From positions 1-42,573 of IMG/VR virus record IMGVR_UViG_3300020044_001154: a stretch of DNA of 42,573 nucleotides; one strand, 5' to 3'. Every line of letters starts with the position of its first letter. Position 1 is the first letter of the stretch. The position numbers and the translations under genes are program-made. Below, one piece after another: positions 1-9,454 of the stretch. The notes beneath the pieces are model-generated. The model was not told the origin of the DNA and did not search any database. It saw nothing but the letters and a program-made list of their open reading frames with translations. This DNA comes from a virus. Its lineage: Duplodnaviria; Caudoviricetes.

Positions 1-15
1 GGCGGTAAGTGCTAA
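1..15 (+). CDS. 3' end of a truncated upstream gene (…GGKC*)
   Basis: ggc ggt aag tgc taa, followed directly by a terminator. Confidence 0.45.
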   Translation, partial: GGKC

Positions 16-20
16 ATAAG

Positions 21-48
21 GCAAGGGGGCTTCGGCTCCCTGCTTTTT
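21..48 (+). terminator. Intrinsic terminator
   Basis: gcaagggggc-ttcg-gctccctgc hairpin followed by ttttt. Confidence 0.75.
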
Positions 49-59
49 AGGAGAGAATT

Positions 60-476
60 ATGGCTGATGCAGTTGCATCCCAAACTTTGCTTGATGGTGA
101 GCGCGTTGCCATCATGAAATTCACAAACGCTAGTGATGGAACTGGTGAGACCAACGTCGTTAAGGTCAACCCTGCTTCGTTGGCTGCTTCTAACGCTGGT
201 GGTGCCTGTGATGCCGTAACGATTACCAAGGTAACCGCGCAGACGCACGGCATGGAAGTGGTCATGAAATGGAAAGCAACCACGCCTGTGATCATTGAGA
301 CCATTCCGCAAAATACCAATTATCAACAAGATTTTGAGAAGATTGGTGGCCTCATAAATAACGCAGGCACCGGTAAGGATGGCGCAATTACTTTCACCAC
401 TCTGGATGCTTCCGCTGGAGATTCATATACCGTTGTTCTTGAGATGGTGAAACACTACGTCAACCCTGTGGCTTAA
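60..476 (+). CDS. Phage virion-region protein (138 aa)
   Basis: aggaga RBS; beta-rich small protein at the start of the structural operon. Confidence 0.6.
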   Translation: MADAVASQTLLDGERVAIMKFTNASDGTGETNVVKVNPASLAASNAGGACDAVTITKVTAQTHGMEVVMKWKATTPVIIETIPQNTNYQQDFEKIGGLINNAGTGKDGAITFTTLDASAGDSYTVVLEMVKHYVNPVA

Positions 477-477
477 A

Positions 478-876
478 ATGCCTGCAAAGTCTAAAGCGCA
501 ATATCGCCTGATGCGAGCGGTAGCGCATAGCCCAAAGCTGGCAAAGAAGACTGGCATTCCTGCGTCTGTGGGTAAGGAGTTTTCCGCAGCGACAAAAAGT
601 TACGATAAGCTGCCTGAACACAAAAAAGAGGGTGGCGTGTCGTTGGCGGTTGGCCGTGGTGAAAAATTGTCGGTAGAGCGTGGCGCTGGGCTTACCGCAA
701 AGGGTCGCGCAAAGTATAATCGAGAGACCGGCAGCAATTTGAAAGCACCACAACCGCAAGGTGGCGCTCGCAAGGATAGATTTTGCGCTCGCATGTCAGG
801 GGTCGTCAAACACGCTTCAGGCGACGCACCGAGGGCAAAAGCCTCGTTAAAACGCTGGAATTGTCCGGGCTGGTAG
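478..876 (+). CDS. Basic two-module protein; C-terminal half DUF6321-like
   Basis: KGRAKYNRETGSNLKAP…FCARM…SLKRWNC motif; halves joined by KKEGGV. Confidence 0.6.
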   Translation: MPAKSKAQYRLMRAVAHSPKLAKKTGIPASVGKEFSAATKSYDKLPEHKKEGGVSLAVGRGEKLSVERGAGLTAKGRAKYNRETGSNLKAPQPQGGARKDRFCARMSGVVKHASGDAPRAKASLKRWNCPGW

Positions 877-888
877 AGGAATGAAAAT

Positions 889-1974
889 ATGGCAACATCA
901 GGGACTGTTGGTCAAACCGTAATTGACGTTCAACAATTTATAGATCATGGTGCGCGTCGTTGCGGCAAACTTGCTGAGGAATTGACTTCTGAGCAACAGA
1001 CTTCCGCAAGGGAAAGTCTGTTTTTCCTGCTGTCGCATCTTGCCAATATCGGAATCAACTACTGGGCAATAAGCAAAAAGGTATTCGGTATGAATGCCAA
1101 CCAGTATATCTACGCCCTTCCTGACGGCACCATAGATGTCTTGAATGCCCTGTATCGCAAGATGAACAGGCCATCACCAAGCTCTACAGGCGGTTATGCC
1201 ACCTCTGCTGGCGGCGTAATAGCAAATGCCTTTGATGGCGATGTAGATACGTGGACTCAACAGACCTCATCAAATGGGGATATTTCCATTAACTACGGGT
1301 CAAGCAATCCTATTTACGCTGGGTCTATAGGCGTATTGCCGTATGTGGCGAACCTTGGTAGTGCAAGCTGGTCGTTCACGTTGGAATACTCTTCTGACGG
1401 CGCTACGTGGAATACATTGGAAGATGTGGGGACGGTAACAGTTACTGATGACCAGTGGCTGTGGTACGACATCGACCCGGGCCAGAATGCCCAGTATTAC
1501 CGCATTCGGGCATATAGCGGCACTACCTTGGCTCTGCGTGAGTTCTATGTGGGCAATAACAGCACAGAGATCACAATGGCGCGGTTAAATCGTGACGATT
1601 ACACCAACCTGCCGAACAAGAACTTTACCGCCAATCAGCCGTTCCAATTTTGGTTTGACCGCACAATTCCGCAGCCGAAGATGTTCCTTTGGCCTACTCC
1701 ATCCGATCCGTTTGTTCAGATGACCGTCTGGTATTCGCGGCAGATTCAGGATGTAGGTGACCTTCAAGATCAATTGGAAATCCCGCAGAGGTGGTATGAG
1801 GCTGTGGTGATGATGCTGGCCCATAGAATGTCGTTGGAACTGCCGCAGGTAGCGCCTGATCGAATTGTTTATCTGGAGAAGATGGCTACGCAGTATCTGA
1901 CCGAAGCTGAATTAGAAGAGCGCGACAAGTCGCCAATTTACTTTTCGCCCAACATCAGCGTTTACACACGATGA
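889..1974 (+). CDS. Head-tail adaptor/tail tubular-type protein with an inserted discoidin (F5/8C)-like domain
   Basis: Helical termini (EIPQRWYEAVVMMLA); central NAFDGDVDT…LEYSSDGATW…YYRIRA; position in the operon. Confidence 0.6.
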   Translation: MATSGTVGQTVIDVQQFIDHGARRCGKLAEELTSEQQTSARESLFFLLSHLANIGINYWAISKKVFGMNANQYIYALPDGTIDVLNALYRKMNRPSPSSTGGYATSAGGVIANAFDGDVDTWTQQTSSNGDISINYGSSNPIYAGSIGVLPYVANLGSASWSFTLEYSSDGATWNTLEDVGTVTVTDDQWLWYDIDPGQNAQYYRIRAYSGTTLALREFYVGNNSTEITMARLNRDDYTNLPNKNFTANQPFQFWFDRTIPQPKMFLWPTPSDPFVQMTVWYSRQIQDVGDLQDQLEIPQRWYEAVVMMLAHRMSLELPQVAPDRIVYLEKMATQYLTEAELEERDKSPIYFSPNISVYTR

Positions 1975-2561
1975 GTTTAACCAAAGGTTTTCATAAACAT
2001 CATATAAAGCCGCGTTATGCTGGCGGGAATGATTTGCCTGAAAATCTTGTGTTACTTCACCCTATAGATCATGCTATAGCACATCTTGTTCGATATAAAA
2101 TGTTTGGCAATATTAGAGACAAATGGGCAAGCAACTGGCTACAAGGAATTGTTGACCCTGATGTGTATACTAAATTTTCTATTGACCGCGAAAAATCTAT
2201 AAAAGAAAAAAGAGAAAAAAATAGTAATTTTGACGAACATATGAGAAAAGTTCGTTCTAATGCTACAAAAAATAGAAAAGAAGGGTATCAGGTAAAGGCT
2301 GGAAAAGAATTTAAGGCAAGAATGAAAACAGATTCTTTGTGGGCAAATAAAATTTCAGAGCAAAGAAAAAAAGCAAAAGTAGAAAGTTTAAAAGCAAAAT
2401 ATTTAAAAGATGAATCTAGGGTTATTATGGTTCGTCAAATGAGAAAAAATGGTTGTAAATATGATGAAATAAATAAAGCAACTGGCTTTTTTATTTCTGT
2501 AATTTCTGGAATTCTTCACGGAACAAAATATATTGGCGTTGGGGAAAGTGGTAATGCCTAG
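1971..2561 (+). CDS. Free-standing HNH homing endonuclease
   Basis: HKHHIKPRYAGGND…NLVLL…DHAIAH; Lys-rich linker; C-terminal HTH-like segment; AT-rich; overlaps both neighbours. Confidence 0.85.
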   Translation: MSLTKGFHKHHIKPRYAGGNDLPENLVLLHPIDHAIAHLVRYKMFGNIRDKWASNWLQGIVDPDVYTKFSIDREKSIKEKREKNSNFDEHMRKVRSNATKNRKEGYQVKAGKEFKARMKTDSLWANKISEQRKKAKVESLKAKYLKDESRVIMVRQMRKNGCKYDEINKATGFFISVISGILHGTKYIGVGESGNA

Positions 2562-2898
2562 ATTTCTAGACACATCAGGGCTTTCTGATATTGCTATATT
2601 TATTTGCGATAGATGCAAGTTCAAGCGCCCACACGCCGAGGCGAGGAATGACCCCAACTTCCCCGGCCTCTTGGTGTGCGGTCAAGGTTGTGCGGATCAG
2701 AAAGACCCCTATCGTTTACCGGCAAGACAGACTGAGCGCATCACAATTCGCTTTCCGAGGCCCGATGTCAGCGTTGCGACCAACCCCAACGATCTGATCA
2801 CAGGCGCTTATGGCGGATATGTGATTTCTCCCACACCTGCCCAGCCCCAGAACAATGGGAATTTGGACGGTATACAAGTCACTCCGAGTTCAACATAA
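2554..2898 (+). CDS. Conserved phage protein with Cys motifs (probably Zn-binding)
   Basis: ATG at 2554; ICDRC…LLVC…GCAD…DPYRLP. Confidence 0.6.
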   Translation: MPRFLDTSGLSDIAIFICDRCKFKRPHAEARNDPNFPGLLVCGQGCADQKDPYRLPARQTERITIRFPRPDVSVATNPNDLITGAYGGYVISPTPAQPQNNGNLDGIQVTPSST

Positions 2899-3779
2899 TG
2901 GCAAACGTAACCATAGCCGACCTCCCTGCCGCCCAGACCATAGACGGGACTGAGCTAGTTCCTATTGTTCAGGGCGGGGTTACGGTCAGAACGACTACCG
3001 CCGCTGTTGCGGGTTCTCCTTCTCAGCAGCAGACTTTTATAACCGTCAATCAAGAAACAACCCTTCCCAACAGCAGGGCAATTACTTCTGTTAGCGGAAT
3101 TGGAATTACTGATAACGGCGCACAATCGACCATAAGTATCTCTCTACAGGGTGCTGCGGCTTCTTTAAACACGGCTGGAACGGGTTTTGCGGTAAAGACA
3201 GGCTCTAACACCATAACGCCTAGAAACATCGCTGTAAGCGGCTCTGGCATCGACATATCGAACGGAGACGGGCAGTCTGGTAATCCTACCGTCAGTCTGA
3301 CAGGCTTGGTGTTGTCGCTGGCAAATGCTTCTGGAACTGGGTTCCTATCGTTGAACGGCTCGGGCGGGATGAGTCCGAGAACGGTTACGGGAACTGCTGG
3401 GCAGATCACGGTTACGAACGGTGACGGAGTTTCCGGCAGTCCGGTGATTTCAATGTCAAATACCGCAGTGACGGCGGGAACGTATGGTTCTGCGACTCAG
3501 GTGCCTGTCATTACGGTAGACGCTCAGGGTAGAATTACGCTTGCAACGACTGCCGCAAATCCGCAGGGAACGCTAACCAATATATTTGGAACTGCGCCTG
3601 TGGTCAGCAGCGGCGGGACTACACCAACAATTTCAATGCCAAAGTCAACAACTTCGGTTGACGGATATTTGTCTGCGGTGGACTGGACTACTTTTAACGC
3701 AAAGCAAAAAGCAATTACATATGGCACATCTCCGCCATCCGGTGGTGTTGATGGCGATATTTATTTGCAATATGTTTAA
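2898..3779 (+). CDS. Tail fibre/collar-like structural protein
   Basis: G/T/S-rich; repeated ITVTNGDGVSG(N/S)P; AGTYGSATQVPVITVDAQGRIT; C-terminal PPSGGVDGDIYLQY. Confidence 0.65.
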   Translation: MANVTIADLPAAQTIDGTELVPIVQGGVTVRTTTAAVAGSPSQQQTFITVNQETTLPNSRAITSVSGIGITDNGAQSTISISLQGAAASLNTAGTGFAVKTGSNTITPRNIAVSGSGIDISNGDGQSGNPTVSLTGLVLSLANASGTGFLSLNGSGGMSPRTVTGTAGQITVTNGDGVSGSPVISMSNTAVTAGTYGSATQVPVITVDAQGRITLATTAANPQGTLTNIFGTAPVVSSGGTTPTISMPKSTTSVDGYLSAVDWTTFNAKQKAITYGTSPPSGGVDGDIYLQYV

Positions 3780-3787
3780 GGCATATT

Positions 3788-3961
3788 ATGAATGATTTAA
3801 AAGGCACCATCGGCGAACTAACCATGACCATTCAAATTACGCGAAAATCGACCGGAAAAGTGGAAGAGTTTAAGCTGATTGGGTTTTTGGATGAGGCACA
3901 ACTAAAGGAGCTACAAAATGGCAGTAACACACTCAACGGCGGCGCGGAATGCGGCAACTGA
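3788..3961 (+). CDS. Small hypothetical protein (57 aa, MNDLKGTIGELTMTIQITRK…)
   Basis: Hand-translated; fills the gap; below the track cutoff. Confidence 0.5.
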   Translation: MNDLKGTIGELTMTIQITRKSTGKVEEFKLIGFLDEAQLKELQNGSNTLNGGAECGN

Positions 3962-4310
3962 TGCTGTAACTGCGCTGATCGGCGCATCGGGCAATCTGGT
4001 GTTTCGGATTACCGGCAGCACTGTAGCCAGCCCAAGCGCTGCTGTTGCTACCTTACCTCTTAGCGCAACGGCGTTTGGCGCATCGGCAACCGGCACTGCA
4101 ACGGCGAACGCAATTACGTCAGATACTAACGCAGCGGGTAATGCTTCTGCTGTGGCATTTGCCACGCTTCAGACCTCCGCTGCGGTAATTGTTATTCAGT
4201 GCGCGGTTGCCGCCTCTGGTTCGGACATTAACATGACGGGCGGTTTGACTGTCGGGTCTGGAGATACGGTAAGCTGCTCATCGTTGACGTATACCGCATT
4301 GAGTGCGTAA
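3918..4310 (+). CDS. Putative minor structural protein (Ala/Thr-rich)
   Basis: aaggag RBS; beta-rich composition. Confidence 0.6.
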   Translation: MAVTHSTAARNAATDAVTALIGASGNLVFRITGSTVASPSAAVATLPLSATAFGASATGTATANAITSDTNAAGNASAVAFATLQTSAAVIVIQCAVAASGSDINMTGGLTVGSGDTVSCSSLTYTALSA

Positions 4311-4312
4311 TC

Positions 4313-4495
4313 ATGCACGACTTTTCGTTTGTTGAGGCGGCGAACGAGAACGCTGTTTTTCGATGCAGTATTTGCAATCAGATATTGCAATTTAATTTGC
4401 CAAATGTAGGAACGCCGAGTGCTGTCGATAATTTAAATGGCACTTGGTCAACACCTCCAAACCCAGATCAATGGACAGGCCCATGCACAAGTTAA
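4313..4495 (+). CDS. Small CxxC protein
   Basis: Tightly packed ORF; FRCSIC. Confidence 0.45.
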   Translation: MHDFSFVEAANENAVFRCSICNQILQFNLPNVGTPSAVDNLNGTWSTPPNPDQWTGPCTS

Positions 4496-5697
4496 ATCGC
4501 GGTAAATCAACACACTCTGACAAGCTAACGCGCTGGCTAGGTGCCGAGCAGGTTCAACGCATTTCTGATCAGACCAAAGATTTCTATTATCCGATCCCGC
4601 TGCATGGGGTGCCGGGCGCGGTGTATGCAATGCCGGGCGGTGATTTTGCTGGTGAGATTGCTGTCGGCGCATACATGACCAAAGAAGATTCTGCGCGGGT
4701 GGTGATGAAAAAGCTGCTGGCAAAAGCCGCAGCAAAAGACAAGAAAAATAAAGCCGTTGGCATGTTGATGGAAATGATCCGCGCTGAAAACAAAGCAATC
4801 TATTCGGTCGGTGCTTTTGCCAGCATTGATGCGGTAATTGCGGCGTATACGGGCGGCAAAGGTCAGGCGCTGAACTTCGCCAAGACCGGCGTTGCTGCTA
4901 CAGCCATTGGCAATTCGATGGATTTGTGGACTCGGGTAGGTCAACCATCTGCAGGTGCTGCTGCTGCTGCCGCCCCCGGTGGGACTGCTCCGACCTCTGC
5001 AACAACGGGCGCTTTGGGTTTTCGTAACCTCGGCACTGCAAACACGGGCCACTATCTTAACTGGACTGTCGCGGCAAGCGTCATCAATAACTCGCTGTTG
5101 CTCTACGACCGCATCTTTGCTGTCGCTGCGGGTGCTGCACTGACCGGAGGAACATCAACCGCTGTTACTGGTGTTCCGACACGTTACCAGAGTGGAACAT
5201 CGTCAAATCAAGACTACATTGGCGGGAACTTCTGTTTCCCTGCTAACCCAACGACAGTCCTCGCCGCAACCGCGCATAACTGGGCTGTAGGTGGCGCTGG
5301 CCCCGTGGGAATGATCTATCTTAACCAAGCAAGCGCATCTTCCAACATGCCGGTGTTAACCGGCCTTTCCGCCTGTCCGGTTGGAGGCATTGATACGGCG
5401 GCAAGTCAGCTTTCATGGTTTGCGCCGTTGGCCGCTGGTGACGTTGGAATTAAAGCACTGACTAACATGCAGAGCAGTTCGTCTGTAGCCACCGGCACGA
5501 TTGATTGGGTGATTGGGCATCCGATTGCTATCAACGCCTGTCCAATTGCAAATATGGCTTGTCTGGATGATGGTCTGTATACCAGCTTGAACCTAACCGC
5601 AATCTTTGATAACGCGTGTTTGTCGTTCATCGAACTGCCAAAACCTGCTACTGGTGCGACTTCATACGGCGGTTTGCTTCGCTGCGTAAGTGAATAA
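4483..5697 (+). CDS. Putative minor tail/structural protein (~404 aa)
   Basis: Long ORF; A/G/T-rich C-terminal part; start at 4483 inferred. Confidence 0.6.
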   Translation: MHKLNRGKSTHSDKLTRWLGAEQVQRISDQTKDFYYPIPLHGVPGAVYAMPGGDFAGEIAVGAYMTKEDSARVVMKKLLAKAAAKDKKNKAVGMLMEMIRAENKAIYSVGAFASIDAVIAAYTGGKGQALNFAKTGVAATAIGNSMDLWTRVGQPSAGAAAAAAPGGTAPTSATTGALGFRNLGTANTGHYLNWTVAASVINNSLLLYDRIFAVAAGAALTGGTSTAVTGVPTRYQSGTSSNQDYIGGNFCFPANPTTVLAATAHNWAVGGAGPVGMIYLNQASASSNMPVLTGLSACPVGGIDTAASQLSWFAPLAAGDVGIKALTNMQSSSSVATGTIDWVIGHPIAINACPIANMACLDDGLYTSLNLTAIFDNACLSFIELPKPATGATSYGGLLRCVSE

Positions 5698-5707
5698 GGA
5701 GGGCTAA

Positions 5708-6445
5708 ATGCCCTTCAGGATTACTCGCAAAGGCGCGTTACAGGGTAATACCGTTCGTGGTAAGACCACGATACTTGCGCCTGCGGGTAATTCGCTATAC
5801 CCAGCGGTAATCCCCGACAAACCGGTTGGTGCCCAAACCCACACCACCACCGGCGCGCTAGTCGGCCAAGGTTCTGGTGTTGTTGGAATAGCCGTTCACA
5901 AGACGCTGCACGCCACCACCGGCGCGCTTGTCGGGCCGGGTTCTGCCGTCACCGGCACCGCTAAACGATTTAGATCGCACCCAACAACCGGTGCTTTAAC
6001 GGGCCAAAGCTCAACGGTAGCGGGGTCTGCCAACCACACTGCGGCGACTGTTCCGCACACGACTACGGGTGCGTTAACCGGTCAAGGATCGGCTCTTTCC
6101 GGCACCGCAAAACGCTTTGTTACCCATCCATCTACCGGTGTTTTAACGGGTCAAGGTTCAGCGATATCTGGATCAGCGGGTCACAAAACAAAACACACCA
6201 CCACTGGCGCGTTAATTGGTCAGGGATCGACCGTATCAGGGTCAGCCAAGCGGTTCATAGCACACGCCACCACTGGCGCATTAGTGGGTCAAGGGTCGAT
6301 TATCTCTGGCACGGCAAGGTCAAATCAAAGCAAATTTTTGTGGGTTAAAATTTCAGGGGTTTGGAAAAAGACGAACGCATTTGTCAAAGTTGCTGGCGTA
6401 TGGAAATCAGCCATTCCGTGGGTCAAAGACGGGACTTGGAAGTAA
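5708..6445 (+). CDS. Repeat-containing fibre-like protein
   Basis: Seven HxxTGxLxGxxS repeats; C-terminal WVKISGVWK/VKVAGVWK. Confidence 0.65.
   Translation: MPFRITRKGALQGNTVRGKTTILAPAGNSLYPAVIPDKPVGAQTHTTTGALVGQGSGVVGIAVHKTLHATTGALVGPGSAVTGTAKRFRSHPTTGALTGQSSTVAGSANHTAATVPHTTTGALTGQGSALSGTAKRFVTHPSTGVLTGQGSAISGSAGHKTKHTTTGALIGQGSTVSGSAKRFIAHATTGALVGQGSIISGTARSNQSKFLWVKISGVWKKTNAFVKVAGVWKSAIPWVKDGTWK
5840..6320 (+). repeat. Seven intragenic ~69-nt (23-aa) repeats
   Basis: Units start at 5840, 5909, 5978, 6056, 6125, 6194, 6263. Confidence 0.85.
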
Positions 6446-6455
6446 CTTTCGTAAG

Positions 6456-6495
6456 TTGTCCAAAAGTGATAAAATTTCTATCACAAAATTGACAA
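6456..6495. promoter_or_regulatory. AT-rich intergenic inverted repeat (operator or terminator candidate)
   Basis: TTGTC…GTGATA-N7-TATCAC…GACAA. Confidence 0.4.
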
Positions 6496-6549
6496 TTTTT
6501 CCAGATCATTATTTATGCATAATTAGCTGCGCTCGATCAAGGAAACATC

Positions 6550-8943
6550 ATGGCACAAACCGGTTACACACCTATATCCACCTACTATAGCGCCACAGCA
6601 TCTTCCGTCCCATTGGCGGCAAACCTTGTCGCTGGCGAACTTGCGCTGAACACCAACGACGGCAAGCTGTACTACAAGAACAGCAGCAACGTAGTAACAC
6701 TGCTGGCATCTTCCGCAGGCGCATCAGGTGATGTGGTTGGCCCAGCATCGTCTACTGACAATGCTCTGGCGCGGTTTGACCTTGCCACCGGAAAGCTGAT
6801 CCAGAACTCTGTGGGCCTTTTGAGTGATGCAGGCATTTTGACTGGTTTGACTGGCGTCACATCTTCTGGCCCTGTCACGCTATCCAGCCTCACCTCTACT
6901 CGGTTAACTTTTGCTGGAGTTGGTGGTCTGCTATCAGATTCAGCCAACCTCACATGGGATGGTTCATACCTTTCTGCGGCATCAATTAAAGATGCTGCCC
7001 TCACATCAGGCCGCATTACTTTTGCCGGTGCATCAGGTCTGCTTTCCGATGCGTCTACGCTGACATGGGATGGGTCATACCTGACCGCTGCGTCGATTAA
7101 GGATACTGCCCTCACCTCAGGCCGCGTAACCTACGCTGGCACCGCTGGTCTGCTGCAAGACTCTGCCAACCTGACGTTCAACGGCACGACGCTGACTGCA
7201 AACACCATCGGCGCATTCACCCTTGGCGGCACAATAGCAGGTGGCGGCAATCAGCTTAATAACGTCATCATCGGCACAAGTAGTCCGCTGGCGGGTGCGT
7301 TTACGACGCTGAGTGCAAGTGGAACAATCACTGCCAGTAACGCAACCGCCTTGACAGTGCCTAACGGGTATCAAACCCTTTATCGCACGACAAATGACAC
7401 GTCATCTTTATTGCACTTACAGTTTTTTAGAGGAACTGGCGCGGGGGCTTTTGCCGGTATTTACACAACCGGAGACGCGGCAAACGGTGTGGCTTCGTTG
7501 AATCTGAATATTAACGGCACTGATATTGCAAAAGCCTCCTCCACCGGCCTTGCTGTCACCGGGGCGCTGAGTACGACGGGGCAGATAAGTTCAAGTGCAT
7601 TAGCCGCTATAAATTTAAGCAATGCTACTTATTCGCAGATTCTTTCTGCAAGCACGATGTATATTGATACAACTGCAAATAATATCAATATACGTCCGTC
7701 TGGTTCTGTTATAGGACAATTCTCTTCCACCGGTATAGCGGTAAGCGGAAATATTGATCTAATAGCAGCAAACACTTTTCCAACAACGGGAATGTTTTTA
7801 CGTGCCGCTGACAATCAATTAAAAATTTGTGCTGGCTCTGCGGGTATAGCATTTGCGGCGGCGTCTGGTGCAAGCACATTAGCTACACTCGACGCCTCCG
7901 GCAACCTCGGTTTGGGGGTTACGCCGAGTGCTTGGAGTGGCTACGGCGTTCCGGTTTTAGAAATGCCATCTGGAGGAACATTTGTAACCTCTGGTAACGG
8001 TGTAAACATTGGGTGTAACTGGTATTACACGGGCGGCAATTTCATTTATAAAACTTCCAGTACGGCTAGCTACTACCAGCAAGGTTCTGGGGCGCATCAA
8101 TGGTTCACCGCCCCCTCCGGCACAGCAGGAACCGCAATAACCTTCACCCAAGCAATGACCCTCGACTCCTCCGGGAATTTGCTTGTTGGTACTACTTCAG
8201 GTGGCTCTTATAAGTTGGATGTTGTTGGAACTGGGCAATTTTCTGGTACATCAGCGGATACACGCATATTGATGACTGCAACGGGTGTAGCAAATACTGT
8301 CATTGGTTTTAATAACTCAGGCAGTACAAATTTTGCAGGCGCACCAACTGGAACTGCTTATCTGTCTTGCGCCCAAGCATACCCTCTTGTGTTTGGTACT
8401 AGTGGCACAGAACGCGCCCGTATCGACTCCTCCGGCAACTTGCTGGTGGGGACTACAACTGCTGCGGGTTACAAGCTGCGCGTATATGACGGCTTTTCGC
8501 AGTTTACACAAGCAACGTCATCAAGTGATTGCGCTGACTTTTGGAACAGGGCAACCACGGGTGACAACAAGTTTGTAACTTTTTATACCGAAGGCACCGC
8601 CACTGCGCGTGGCTCAATCACCTACAACCGCGCAGGCGGTCTGGTTGTTTACAACACAACGTCTGATTACAGAGCCAAAGACATTAGCGGCCCTGTAACC
8701 AATAGCGGTACATTGATTGATTCTGTCCCTGTTTATATGGGAACAATGAAAGGCGCTACCCAAGAGCGTCCAATGTTCATTGCTCACGAAACACCATCTT
8801 ACGCACACACTGGTGAAAAAGACGCAGTAGACGCAGATGGAAACCCTGTTTATCAGCAAATGGATGCTTCTGCTCTTATCCCTGTAATGTGGGCAGAAAT
8901 TCAATCACTCCGCAAACGCATCACCGCATTGGAGGCCAAATGA
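6550..8943 (+). CDS. Tail fibre/receptor-binding protein with C-terminal intramolecular chaperone (peptidase S74-like)
   Basis: N-terminal GELALNTNDGKLYYK; DSSGNLLVGTT modules; YNTTSDYRAK…FIAHE…EIQSLRKRITALE. Confidence 0.85.
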   Translation: MAQTGYTPISTYYSATASSVPLAANLVAGELALNTNDGKLYYKNSSNVVTLLASSAGASGDVVGPASSTDNALARFDLATGKLIQNSVGLLSDAGILTGLTGVTSSGPVTLSSLTSTRLTFAGVGGLLSDSANLTWDGSYLSAASIKDAALTSGRITFAGASGLLSDASTLTWDGSYLTAASIKDTALTSGRVTYAGTAGLLQDSANLTFNGTTLTANTIGAFTLGGTIAGGGNQLNNVIIGTSSPLAGAFTTLSASGTITASNATALTVPNGYQTLYRTTNDTSSLLHLQFFRGTGAGAFAGIYTTGDAANGVASLNLNINGTDIAKASSTGLAVTGALSTTGQISSSALAAINLSNATYSQILSASTMYIDTTANNINIRPSGSVIGQFSSTGIAVSGNIDLIAANTFPTTGMFLRAADNQLKICAGSAGIAFAAASGASTLATLDASGNLGLGVTPSAWSGYGVPVLEMPSGGTFVTSGNGVNIGCNWYYTGGNFIYKTSSTASYYQQGSGAHQWFTAPSGTAGTAITFTQAMTLDSSGNLLVGTTSGGSYKLDVVGTGQFSGTSADTRILMTATGVANTVIGFNNSGSTNFAGAPTGTAYLSCAQAYPLVFGTSGTERARIDSSGNLLVGTTTAAGYKLRVYDGFSQFTQATSSSDCADFWNRATTGDNKFVTFYTEGTATARGSITYNRAGGLVVYNTTSDYRAKDISGPVTNSGTLIDSVPVYMGTMKGATQERPMFIAHETPSYAHTGEKDAVDADGNPVYQQMDASALIPVMWAEIQSLRKRITALEAK
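6889..7190 (+). repeat. Three 111-nt (37-aa) repeats in the tail fibre, the last partial
   Basis: LTSxRxT(F/Y)AGxxGLLxDxxxLT at 6889, 7000, 7111. Confidence 0.85.
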
Positions 8944-9122
8944 ACCTGCTCAAGTCTAAAACAGTCTGGTATGCGATTCTAATCGCAGTCCTCAGTATCG
9001 TTCAGGGCTATATCAACCTGCTGCCGATGACGCCGGTAGCACAGATGTTTGTCGGGATAGCGATCTCGGTGGGCATCGTTATTTTGCGTCTACTCACAAC
9101 TCAACCCATAGGGGATAAGTAA
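8940..9122 (+). CDS. Small 2-TM holin-like protein
   Basis: MNLLKSKTVWYAILIAVL…ILRLLTTQPI; two hydrophobic segments. Confidence 0.6.
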   Translation: MNLLKSKTVWYAILIAVLSIVQGYINLLPMTPVAQMFVGIAISVGIVILRLLTTQPIGDK

Positions 9123-9274
9123 TGATTAAGCTGGAACTGGAACAGAACGAAGTGCAATTCATCCTCAACATGCTTGGTGAATTACCGTCGAAATCAGGCT
9201 GCTTTCCGTTGATCGTTAAAGTGCAGAGTCAGGCGCAGCCGCAAGTCGAGCCGCCTAAAGAAGAAGCAGCCTAA
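9122..9274 (+). CDS. Small hypothetical protein (50 aa)
   Basis: Hand-translated MIKLELEQNEVQFILNMLGELP…; TAATG coupling. Confidence 0.6.
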   Translation: MIKLELEQNEVQFILNMLGELPSKSGCFPLIVKVQSQAQPQVEPPKEEAA

Positions 9275-9283
9275 AGGATCAAC

Positions 9284-9454
9284 ATGATGGCATCTATCTC
9301 AGAAGTTGAAGGCCGTGTTAATACCCATGAGGCGGTGTGCGAATTGCGCTATGAGTCTATCAACGCCCGTTTAAAGCGCATTGAAGCCGTCGGCCTGACT
9401 GCGGCGGGTGCCATCATTATGTTACTGCTGCATCTTGTGACAAAGGCTGCGTAA
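9284..9454 (+). CDS. Small coiled-coil plus C-terminal TM protein
   Basis: HEAVCELRYESINARLKRIE followed by a hydrophobic tail; aagga RBS. Confidence 0.6.
   Translation: MMASISEVEGRVNTHEAVCELRYESINARLKRIEAVGLTAAGAIIMLLLHLVTKAA

Noticed and set aside
1971-2561. Group I intron hosting the HNH gene
   Set aside because: The ORF overlaps both neighbours and leaves no room for a ribozyme core; the flanking genes appear complete.
5840-7190. Periodic repeats as a CRISPR array
   Set aside because: They are degenerate in-frame coding repeats without unique spacers, and there is no cas operon.
6550-8943. Diversity-generating retroelement or invertible tail-fibre system
   Set aside because: I saw no reverse transcriptase, adenine-variant template/variable repeat pair or invertase.
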